Origin: Octopus vulgaris
Taxonomy: Eukaryota
Direction: 5' to 3'
Assembly (NCBI GenBank): GCA_951406725.2
Contig: OX597821.1
Location: forward strand, 1,674,001-1,738,000
DNA length: 64,000 nucleotides
The position numbers and the translations under genes are program-made. Below are positions 13,286 through 25,046 of this stretch, piece by piece. Each line of letters begins with the position of its first letter. Position 1 is the stretch's first letter. The notes beneath the pieces were generated by a model that was not told where the DNA came from, did no database searches, and worked only from the letters and a program-made list of their open reading frames with translations.

Positions 13286-14147
13286 TTTTTTTCCAGAATG
13301 TTCAAAAGTTATGATTACCTCACACAAATATAGCATCTATATGCGACTTTTGGAGTACTGGAATAAGAAGATTTGTTGCAGGAGGAGACAGGCTGTATTT
13401 TAACCCTGTCTACATAATATATATATATATATATATAGCGGTGTACGTACACTTTGGTCTCTTATATGTAAGTAAACGTTTTTCTATGTATGACGCTATT
13501 TCTGTCTATCAGCCCTTTCGCGCTTATTCGTTCATTCCACTCTTCGTTCTTTCGTTCCTCCTCTCTCATATTTCTTTGCCTTCTCTTCTTGCTCACTTTC
13601 CCTCCACTTTTCACTTCACTGTGTCCCTGTCATTTTTTCTCGCCTCTCCTTAATTCTTCTGTCCCTCTGCTTCTATCTCGCTCTCTTCTCTTCCCACGTG
13701 ACCGGCGTTCGGCCAAGACTGATCTTTCTTGGTCTGGCCATTGTCCGTGCAACATCGATATTCCTCGCTGTACCTGCGAAATCTTGTATCCCTGCCGTAA
13801 GGCTTCATTTCCACACACGTCAGCTTAATCTATTTCATCCTCAGTCGAAAGACACCTGTTGTTATGTCTTGTTAATTTTTTTATTGCATTTGTGTAAAAT
13901 TGTCTGTTTATTACTGTCCTTGCTTTTGTATACATTCGCTGCTTTCTTCCAAGGAATCTAATGCTCTTAGCTTAGTTTTTCCTTGGGGCTGGCCAGATTA
14001 TATTTATGTGTATCCTTCAAATGCCTTCACTTTGGCGCGCTGAGATTGGAAATCTACCCTCCAGTTAATTTGTTAAACTCTATGCATGCGGGACTCCGGT
14101 CAAGCGTTATGCATCTAGTTCTGGAAATTAGGTTTGTATACGACAGA

Positions 14148-14222
14148 CTATGCTGATGAGCTTGCAGATGTTCGCGTATGCATATGCGTGGATATTAACA
14201 AGTGAAACTGATCGGTACATAG
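14148..14222 (+). ncRNA. Type I hammerhead motif with long stem II
   Basis: Stem I ctatg/catag; canonical CUGAUGA; stem II gcttg/caagt plus an extended hairpin; GAAA; stem III actg-at-cggt; GUA site after 14217. Confidence 0.8.
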
Positions 14223-14454
14223 GTAATCGTTATTATTTCGTATATTTTCATTTGTTACACATTCTTCGTGGAAAATAGCGATTTTGACGTCTATAGCTAG
14301 CATATTGACCGTACACTTTTAATGGTCAGTCCTTTAAATTTTGTATGTAAAAATATTTTAATCTTCGGATTTCTTTAATATGCTAGGCCACTGGTTTTAA
14401 TTGATTAATATCAATTTCTACCTTTATTCAATTATATATATATATATAATAACA

Positions 14455-14521
14455 ATTTAATAAATAAAATATATGCATACATACATATATGTACGTAACT
14501 ACATCTATATGTATATATACA

Positions 14522-14570
<49 letters not shown>

Positions 14571-14907
14571 GACACCACAAATAAACCTAGAACACAACGA
14601 GAAACGAAAACATAAAAACAAACTTGGAAACGGACTTTTTTTAACAACGAAAAAACAGAGTACAAGACAAACAATACAAGGAATATTCCCCTTCATCAGC
14701 TGTCCCTGGTTCGACTGAATGCGTGTTTCGAAGGTAAGGACAGAACACGATCCGGTCGAAACAGTCCTTCCTGCAAAATGAATTTTTTAAAATTCTTTTG
14801 CAGAGGGGTAATACAAGGAAAGAAAAAAAAAGTGACAAGAACAGGACGTAAAAGCAATACAAGTAAAAATCCAGTACACATAAAGAATAAAAACAGGACA
14901 ATGAAAC
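14455..14907 (-). mobile_element. Penelope-like terminal (pLTR-type) repeat carrying hammerhead-core motifs
   Basis: 14455-14735 is a close reverse complement of 58205-58458; contains CUGAUGAAGG and CGAAAC. The Penelope link is inferred. Confidence 0.55.
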
Positions 14908-15448
14908 CAACATTGGGGTCTTTCTTTAGGCCTAGACGATGGAAAAATTCGGAGCTCAATGTAGAATCGACTTTCTAGAGACAGAAAAAGTCTGTGTTGA
15001 CTTGTAGAAAACTGCGAGCAAAAGGAAGATAGTAGTCCACTCAGCAGTGAGAGAGATGAGGAGGAGTGAGAGAGAGAGAGAGAGAGGAAGAGGAAAGGAA
15101 ACCAGAAAGGGTGAAAAATTAGAAGGAGAAAGACAGGCAGTTCTTTCCTCCAAGTAAGTTTTTATATATCAATTATGACGCGAACTCTTTAACCCTTTAC
15201 TTGACCTCCCTCCCTTCCAGTCTGTCTTCCTCTCTGCCTGTCTCTCTCCTTCTTATTTTTCACCCTTTCTGGTTTCCTTTCCTCTCTCTCTCTCTCTCTC
15301 TCACTCCTCCTCATCTCTCTCACTGCTGAGTGGACTACTAGCTTCCTTTTGCTCGCAGCTTTCTACAAGTCAACACCGACTTTTTCTGTCTCTAAATTGC
15401 GCACCGAATTTTTCCATCGTCTAGTCCTAAAGAAAGTCCTCAATGTTG
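14908..15448. repeat. Long inverted repeat (arms 14908-15140 and 15234-15448)
   Basis: Arms are clearly complementary, e.g. gtagtccactcagcagtgagagagatgaggaggagtgaga / tctcactcctcctcatctctctcactgctgagtggactac. Confidence 0.9.
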
Positions 15449-15607
15449 CACAGCATGCGGTAATTCAAACTATAAAATAATGAAAAAGGGCTGCCACATT
15501 TCAGTTCGATTTGTGTTCAGAGGTCGATATCTGTCTGATTATACACGTAGTACATAATAATCTAATAATTATTAGATTTTGCACTGAGCTATAACTGCTA
15601 TTTTTTG

Positions 15608-15693
<86 letters not shown>

Positions 15694-15715
15694 ATACGTG
15701 CATACATATATATAA

Positions 15716-15763
<48 letters not shown>

Positions 15764-16048
15764 AGAGAGAAGGAGAGAGAGATACGCATGTTTGTGTATG
15801 TTTACTTATATAGGTATATATGATAATGTAAAAGATAGCTCAGAGCGGCGAGGAAGAAAACAAATGCTAAAACAAACATGGTAGAATCTTCATCAGATGT
15901 CGACCAAATATCACCTGAACTTTCGCACTTTCCAGGTAAGCTGTTCAGCGTAGTGATGTCAAGGTGACATATCTTTACCTTGTGCGTTTGTCGTGTGGAG
16001 ATATAATAGATGAACAAGAAGCGAAAAAGGTGGGTACATGGGAGAGAG

Positions 16049-16089
<41 letters not shown>

Positions 16090-16151
16090 TATCAGCGACA
16101 ATAAAGGCATGGAGGGGGAGAGATAAAGACGTGGAAAGATAAGAAGAGTAT

Positions 16152-16554
<403 letters not shown>

Positions 16555-17289
16555 AGGTAGGGTAGAAGAATACAGCATCATAAAGATAGATGCAAAGAAA
16601 CAGTAAAATAGAGTGAATGGCAGGTAGATTAGAGAAAACGATAGATAGTTTGGTAAATGAGAAAAGCAGTAGAAAGGTGGCTGAATAGAAAGAGAGAATA
16701 TTTGCACGATAAAAAATTTTCTGGTAATTGGGAAAATGTGTTTGCGAAGCGTAACAATAAATTATAATGCAAAACAACAGAGAAGGATTACAAAGAAGTA
16801 TACAGGAAAGTTGAAGAGGAATTTATGCCCACATAGAGAGACACAAATGAATGCAACCATGTTCGATAACTCAGCAGTTGTCCACCATATATCATCATAA
16901 CTTTGACATCTTACGATAATATTGTTCATCATTATTGGTCTATGATAGATAGAGAGAAATGCTATCGATACAGTAAGAGCGATCCAGTAAAGACGAGTTG
17001 TGAGAAGAACGGCAAATATAAAAAAGAAAAAAAAAAAGACAACAACCGAAACAAACGTCCACTCACTCACACCGACACAGTGACTTTTATCAGGATGAAC
17101 TCGCTGAATGCTGAGTGGTGCACGAGCGGAAGTATTAGAGCTTTGGCAAATGGCTTTGATTGCCAGTGTGTTTTTCTTCTCAGTATACTCTACGTGTATT
17201 TACTAAGGTAGGTATTCATCGATACTATTGTCCTTATGACTTATTTCTCACGCCAGTCTCATTTGAGCAATTATTTTTGATATTGTAGA

Positions 17290-17794
17290 GGCGCAATGGC
17301 CAAGTGGTTAGGGCAGCGGACTCGCGGTCGTAGGGTTGTGGTTTCGATTCCCAGACCGAACATTGTGAGTGTTTATTGAGCGAAAACACCAAAAGCTCCA
17401 CGAGACTCCGGCAGGTGGTGGTGGTGGTGAACCCTGCTGTACTCTTTCACCACAACTTTCTCTCACTCTTTCTTCCTGTTTCTGTTGTATATGTATTTCA
17501 AAGGCCCAGCCTTGTCACACTCTGTCATGCTGAATCTCCCCGAGAACTACGTTAAGGGTACATGTGCCTGTGGGGTGCTCAAACACTTGCACGTTAATAA
17601 ATGAGCTGCGACGTCACTGGTGCCAACTTATATCGGCCTTTGACTTTCCCTTGGATAATAACGGTGGCATGGAGAGGAGAGGTTGGTATGCGTGGGTGAC
17701 TGCTGGTCTTCCATAAACAACCTTGCGCACACTTGTGCCTCGGAGGGTAACATTCTAGGTGCAATCCCATGGTCATTTATGACCGAAGGGGGTC
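17290..17794 (+). mobile_element. tRNA-derived SINE family C, long copy
   Basis: tRNA-like head ggcgcaatggccaagtggttagggcagcggactc...gtttcgattccc; body shared with 5880 and 62127. Confidence 0.8.
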
Positions 17795-18029
17795 ACAACA
17801 ATTAATGATATTAAAGAAAAGAACGTGTGAGCATCTATGCCGGGAAGTGAAACTGTTTATCTGCCAGAACAGAATTGCAAGTGCATAAGAATTACAAGTG
17901 CATTATGCGGAGTCGATAAATATTGTACCGGGGAAGAAGACTGGAATTTTAACGGCATTAGTTGGTATTACGTTCTGAATTCAGATCCTAGCGTGGTCTA
18001 CTTGTATAGTTGGAAATCAACAACTGGTC

Positions 18030-18421
18030 CTCTTCTTCTTCTTCTTTTTCTTCTTCTTCTTCTTCTTCTTCTTCTTCTTCTTCTTCTTCTTCTTCTTCTT
18101 CTTCTTCTTCTTCTTCTTCTTCTTCTTCTTCTTCTCCTTCGTCTTCTTCTTCGTCTTCTTCTTCTTCTTCCTTCTTCTTCTTCTTCTTCTTCTTCTTCTT
18201 CTTCTTCTTCTTCTTCTTCTTCCTCCTCTTCTTCTTCTTCTTCTTCTTCTTCTTCTTCTTCCTCACTTCTTCTTCTTCTCCTTCTTCTTCTTCTTCTTCT
18301 TCTTCTTCTTCTTCTTCTTCTTCTTCTTCTTCTTCTTCTTCTTCTTCTTCTTCTTCTTCTTCTTCCTTCTTCTTCTTCTTCTTCTTCTTCTTCTTCTTCT
18401 TCTTCTTCTTCTTCTTCTTCT
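18030..18421. repeat. (CTT)n/(GAA)n microsatellite, about 390 bp
   Basis: Direct reading. Confidence 0.95.
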
Positions 18422-19469
18422 TTCTGTATTTACGAAAATTCTATTTACTGGCGTTAAGTTGCCTCCCTTGTTTTCGCTTCTCTTGTCTAAACAATCCTAC
18501 ACAAATTCTATTTGCTAATGACATGTATATTCTCAGCAGGTGCAACTCTCTCTATTACATACTAAAATATCTATCATAATTTTATTTCTCATGCTGAGTA
18601 TTCCCGTTGGGTACATTCATACAGAAATGTGACACAACATTTCGATATTGCTGTAGTTGTTTCTCTACGCACAAACACACACACACACACATCCATCCAC
18701 CCGTCCATTTTATTGAAACTGTAATTGATAGTTGGCCCCGTGATTATAACTCGCCTAAAGATTACAGCTGCGTGAGATTCGAGTCGCTGGACAGCTTCTC
18801 TCTTTTAGCTTAGTTTCAATATATAGAAAGAGTACGTTCTCTATAATATATACCGAACACCCCATTCGTCGGGTATCCGACTCCTACTTCTTCTCTTTAC
18901 TCCTATTCTCCTTTCTTCTCTTCACTCCTACCCGCTTTCTCCCTTCCCCCTCCCTTCATCGTCACCCCTCCCTCGAAAACCCATCCCTACACAATCCAAC
19001 ACTTCCCTATCCATCCCATCCCTTACAGCTACACCCACATACCGCCACCTCTGCCCCAACTCTCAGCCTAACCCGCATACCTCACCTCTACCCCAACCCA
19101 CACCCCACCCTTGCTTTCCCCACTCTCGCCTCCCCCACATCCTAAAACCACCACACCATACACCCCTATACCACACAACATCACATCACACAACCACGCG
19201 CACACTAGCACTGACCGCTTACAAGTCTCACACCATCATCCACACATCTACACATACAAACACGCACACGTCAAGGTCACCAGCCATCTTCCACACGCAC
19301 ATACATATTCTCTTATACACACGCACGCGCACATTCATTTTGGAATCAACACCACTTTATAATCTCCCCTTATTCCTAGCTCTCCTGTGTGACCACTCTG
19401 TCTGGTATTCGCCATGATAGATCGCTATCCACTACACATTCTTTATTTATTTGTTTCTTCCTGTGTTCT

Positions 19470-19503
19470 TTTCTGTGGAAGGGCGCAGGCTCGAAACGTT
19501 AAA
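19470..19503 (+). ncRNA. Minimal type I hammerhead-like motif (A6U variant)
   Basis: ttt CUGUGGA A gggc-gcag-gctc GAAA CG UU aaa; same repeat family as 42000. Confidence 0.55.
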
Positions 19504-19598
19504 TACTTTTTTTACTTCCCGTGCGTTGAACTAATACATCTGTTTGTTGTCTACACGACTTGGCTTCGTCTTTTGTTTTTTGTGAATTTTCCCCCTAT

Positions 19599-19669
<71 letters not shown>

Positions 19670-19770
19670 CACTGTTTTACTCTTTAACACGTTTCAGTCA
19701 TTTGACTGCAGCCATGCTGGAGCACCGCCTTTAGTCACTGATCTCGTAGAGAGGAAAACATAATGGTCAT

Positions 19771-19815
19771 CCTGTGCTGATGAATGGAAATAACCACGAA
19801 ACCACGGTCCACAGG
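19771..19815 (+). ncRNA. Type I hammerhead ribozyme motif
   Basis: Stem I cctgtg/cacagg; CUGAUGA; stem II atgg/ccac (A-C mismatch at 10.1/11.1); GAAA; stem III acc-ac-ggt; GUC site after 19809. Confidence 0.8.
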
Positions 19816-20057
19816 TACCGTTCAACGCTCAGTGGGGACATTAGTTCCCTTGTACGAGGTATAAGGACGTAATTATGCATCGGTAGGTAGCTGGAAAAGA
19901 TATTTTCATGGGGCTAAAATCGGTAGTAACATCGTCCTAACCAGGACTGCCAACTTTACGTTGGCAAATAGATTTTACTCTGTAGTACTTTTACTACTTA
20001 CTTCCCGCTCGGAGATTTAAAACACACACAGACACACACACACACATACATATCCTA

Positions 20058-20490
20058 TTTTACTCTTTTACTTGTTTCAGACATTTGATTGCGGCCATGC
20101 TGGAGCACCGCCTTTAGTCGAGCAAATCGACCCCAGGACTTATTCTTTGTAAACCTAGTACTTATTCTATTGGTCTCTTTTGCCGAACCGCTAAGTTACG
20201 GTGACGTAAACACACCACCATCGGGTGTCAAGTGATGTTGGAGACAAACGCAGATACACAAACATATACACACATACATACATATTTATACATATATACG
20301 ACGAGCTTCTTTCAGTTTCCGTCTACCAAATCCACTCACAAGTCTTTGGTCGGCCCGAGGCTATAGTAGAAGACACTTGCCTAAGGTGCTACGCAGTGAG
20401 ACTGAACCCAGAACCATGTGGTTGGTAAGCAAGCTACTTACCACACAGCCACTCCTGCGCCTATGCTTACCACACAGCCACTCCTGCGCC
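20058..20490 (-). mobile_element. SINE family A, full-length, with a short tandem duplication of the head
   Basis: Homologous to 28006-28410; cttaccacacagccactcctgcgcctat occurs twice. Confidence 0.85.
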
Positions 20491-21451
20491 TATATATATA
20501 TACAAACATACATTCGGGTGCACACATGCACACACATAATACACATATATATCCTGATGACAACTTGCCTTAGTGTGAGGAATATTTTTCACTGAAGAAG
20601 CCTTATAATACCGAAACATGTCCATTGATTTCCCCAATTATTTGAAAAACCAAATCGCCAATTTATATTTTCTCCGTTATTTTTCTAAAATATCAAATAA
20701 TTCCTTTTATCCAGTTTATCTATGACTCTTTTTCTTTTTAAATTTCATCGACAATTTTCGTGTCGATATATCATACATGTAAGACCTCACTCGAGATTGT
20801 CACATCTGGAACGCGTTTGACTACATGTTTGCCAGATCAGTGCTGACCTTGGCCCGAACAACATTAACTCCGGATTAAAAGGAAAATCAAAGGAAATCGA
20901 TGTCGATATTGATGCCGATCTCAATCCAGAATTTAGACCGAACGGGCTACATGCGACAAAGCTCATAATCCTGTGTTCTATCGTTTATGACACTTGGCTG
21001 TCATACTAAACAACAATACGACAAACAAAGCAAGCATTATCAGAACAAAGAACTGTTACTATTAATATACCCTCAGAAATATTATCACCGCATCACAGAG
21101 CAGCTATCTTAACACTACATCACAGACGTGAATACAACACATCATAGGGATCTCTCCTGTGCACAGCACATTACAATCATTTTCTCATCACCCACATCAC
21201 ACCATACCGAAAAAATCATTATATAATACAACGCCACTACCATGACCACCACCACCAACACCTCCACTACCACTACCACCACCAATGGACATCACTAGAC
21301 CATACCGCCCTACGCCGCACATGGCACTACCACGCCATACAGCGTGGCACCACACACCAAACACGCCACATTTCAACATAGCTATCACCAAGACCATTAC
21401 ACTTTCACTCCGCCGACAAATAAAGGCGAAGACAATAACAACAACAAAATC

Positions 21452-21504
<53 letters not shown>

Positions 21505-21536
21505 CGACGATGATGATGATGATGATAATGATGACA

Positions 21537-21567
<31 letters not shown>

Positions 21568-21591
21568 ATAATAATAATAATAAAAATAATG

Positions 21592-21623
<32 letters not shown>

Positions 21624-21710
21624 AATAAATAATGATAATAATAATAATAATAATAATAGTAGCAGTAGTAATAATAATAATAATAATAGTAGTAGTAATA
21701 ATAATAATGA

Positions 21711-21786
<76 letters not shown>

Positions 21787-22241
21787 CAACAATAATAATG
21801 ATAACTAAATGAATAATAAAACATACTGCTGGTAAAGCTAAACCTTGAAACCATTATCAAGATTATTGCTGCTTTAGTTGCTGCTGCTGCTTCTATAGCA
21901 CCTAAGAAAATTTATCATTGCTATTATTAACAACACCACCACTGACACCGCCACCAATACCACCAACATTACCACCGCTTCTACTACCGCCACTACTACC
22001 ACACTGTGTCCATCTTCTAAAAGTGAACCAATACGGCACCGCTACCACCATCTTCATCATCTGTGTCACCATCACCACCACCACCATCGCAACCACCACT
22101 ACCACCAAAAACATCACCACCATCACCATCACCATCGTCATCGTCGTCGCCGCCGCCGCCGCCGCCAATAGCGACGCCGTCCCACAGCCGCACCAATACA
22201 TATTTCCGTTTATTAGATTCAAAGCGAATTATTATAGGGGA

Positions 22242-22304
<63 letters not shown>

Positions 22305-22722
22305 CATGCATGTGTAAGTCGGTTAATGTACCCCAATAATTTTGCTGCAAGTTGATTTATCGACGCCAGACAGATGAAAAGAAAAAGGTTGACTCTGATG
22401 GGATTTGAAACCTGGATCGCCTATTGATGAAATTATATATTAGTCTTAAGGTTAAGCACACATGCAAGGCAGAACATCACAACGTGTCACGTATAGAATC
22501 TGTTACCAACAACAACAGCAACAACAACATAACAAACATCAGTATCAGCACTTTTTCTTTCTTCTCTATTTTCTCATTCATTTTCTTTGTTTGTTTCTTT
22601 CGTTCTTTCGTTCTTTCTTTCTTTCTTTTTTGTGCTCGTTCGTTTATTCGTTCTTTCTTCTTCTTCTTCTTCTTCTTCTTCTTCTTCTTCTTCTTCTTCT
22701 TCTTCTTCTTCTTCTTCTTCTG

Positions 22723-22768
<46 letters not shown>

Positions 22769-22816
22769 TCGTCTTAATCATCATCTTTTTACTACTACTA
22801 CTACTACTACTACTTT

Positions 22817-22877
<61 letters not shown>

Positions 22878-23083
22878 ACTGCTGCCGCTGCTGTTACTAC
22901 TACAACTACAACTACTACTACTACTTTTATTATTATCTTCATCATCATCATCATCATCATCATCATAGTCATCGTCGTAGCGTCCCTCTGCTAAAAAATA
23001 GCTACCAATCTACATCAAATAACACATACTACTGACTTACAGAGACGTATGTTATATTAAATAATGTATTCTTATATACATAT

Positions 23084-23324
23084 ATTCTGTTGTGTCTGGG
23101 GAGATTCATTCTCTTTTAGTACCTTATTATTTAACACACTCACCGGTAAAATTTCCACATATTTCGTGTTTTTATTTTCCTAAAATTTTCGAAATAAGTG
23201 GAAATTTTACCGGTGAGTGTGTTAAATAATAAGGTACTAATAGAGAATGGCTCTCCCTAGACACAACAGAATGTGCTTCAACACACGAACTCATAAAGAA
23301 TCTTGCAAACCAAATCCAAAAACG

Positions 23325-23327
<3 letters not shown>
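23084..23327. repeat. Foldback element (IR 23084-23272) with asymmetric tail; paralogue at 50938-51130
   Basis: About 80-bp complementary arms; tail gcttcaacacacgaa...tcttgcaaacca...aaaaacgaa is shared between copies. Confidence 0.85.
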
Positions 23328-23381
<54 letters not shown>

Positions 23382-23667
23382 TATATTCTTATATGTATAA
23401 CGGGCGTATTAGACATATTTGGGATGTCATTAATCTCAAAACAGCACGGTCATGGCTGACATGCTCGAAAAATATTTGCCTGGGGTTAAGCAGCAACAAT
23501 ACTTAATATCAAGCAAAGTAGCCTCTATGTGGTCCTTTGAGATGTATGAAACAACAGCCGAATTTGTCTTAAATCACACCCTACCGTAATGAAGATGATG
23601 ACACATGATAACAGGAAATAAAAAAGTGTTGGTCATAACCGGAAAATGTTTTTACATCATATATAAG

Positions 23668-23830
23668 CACAGGCATGGCTGTTTGGTATAAAGCTTGCTT
23701 CCCAACCACCTGGTTCCGGGTTCACCTCCACTGAGTGGTGCATTAGGCAACTGTCTTCTATTATACCCTCGGGCCGACCTCACTTGTGAGTGGATTTAAT
23801 AGCTGGAAGCTGAAAGAAGTCCGTCGTATA
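23668..23830 (+). mobile_element. SINE family A 5' half (host of the RTE insertion)
   Basis: Head homologous to other family A copies; runs into (ACAT)n. Confidence 0.75.
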
Positions 23831-23982
23831 CATACATACATACATACATACATACATACATACATACATACATGCATACATACATACATACATACATACA
23901 TAATACATACATACATACATACATACATACATTATGGCTACCCCCTCGTTATCGAGTATGGCCATTGCACGAAGCTTAACTG

Positions 23983-24849
23983 TTACTGGTGCTGTGATTG
24001 AATGTGACTTTTTAGCCCAGCTAAAGATCTACAATGTCTTGTACAAAATTGGCAACTAAAACCTTTACTGGTAATAGCCGGCTGTAGTTGTAACTGGGCT
24101 TCATGTACCTTTGCATGTCGTTTAAGTCCTCCTGCCGAATTACACTCTCTTCCACATGCCCGACAGATATGATTAGTATGGTGTGTTACACCACCACCAG
24201 TGGCCAGGTTGTCACTCATCTGTCTCGTTTTATGACTACGAAGATGACTCATGAGTCCAGCTTTACCGAGGCAGGGTCTTGCACAGTCATTGCATGTCAG
24301 AATCACAGGAAGACCCTTCTCTTCTGGAAGTGTAACAGCGATGCTCTTCCTGACATCCCTCCTTACTTTCTCATGTGCAACTCGAGATTTCTCAAACGTG
24401 GCTGTTCCCTCATGCACAATCCTTCTCCACCTGCTACGATCAATAGCTATGCCTTCCCATGTGTCAGGAGAGATGCAAGCATCTCTTAAGGAAGCCTTCA
24501 GCAAGTCCTTATACCTATTTTTTGGTTTATGTGGAGGTCGTTCTCCTTTAGCTAACTCTCCATAAAAGAGTTGTTTTGGCATCCTTGAATCCTTCATTCT
24601 GACCAGATGACCACTCCATCTGAGCCTTTGCTTAAACACAAGAGCTTCTATACTTTCACACCGAGAGCCTTCGAGTATTTCAAGATCACTGATGCGGTCC
24701 TTCCACTTAATGCTATAGATCCGTCTGAGGCACATCTGATGGAAACGTTCCAGTTGTTTAAGGTGGTATCGATATGTGACCCACGTCTCGCAGGCATGAA
24801 AAAGAGAAGAGAGCACACATGCCTTGTACACCTTTATCTTTGTCTGCAT
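23983..24849 (-). pseudogene. RTE C-terminal domain with three C2H2 zinc fingers
   Basis: CNDC-x12-HLRSH, CRAC-x12-HAKVH, CQFC-x12-HIQSQH. Confidence 0.88.
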
Positions 24850-25046
24850 CTGTCTCGCCGAATCCAGAGGCGCTTTTTTAGCCTTCCGAAAGCAACACTT
24901 GCTTTCCTTATTCTATATGGAATTTCGTCATCCACATTGCCATATCTATTAATAGTGCTTCCCAGGTAGACAAACTGATCGACTACATCAAGTCGTTTAC
25001 CATTCACATAGATATTTGGTACACTATACTGCTTACTAGGGGCAGG

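Noticed and set aside
14688-14735. Reading the permuted motif as an ordinary type II or type III hammerhead
   Set aside because: Type II gives only a 2-bp stem III and no stem I; type III lacks a GAAA after the local agggga/ttcctt hairpin.
17093-17208. Possible exon (ttttatcag...ctaag/gtaggt)
   Set aside because: Splice-like ends, but the peptide is unrecognisable and there are no partner exons.
20585-20628. CUGAAGA...GAAACAUGUC hammerhead
   Set aside because: Core and palindrome are present but stems I and II are unpaired; counted only as a decayed relic.
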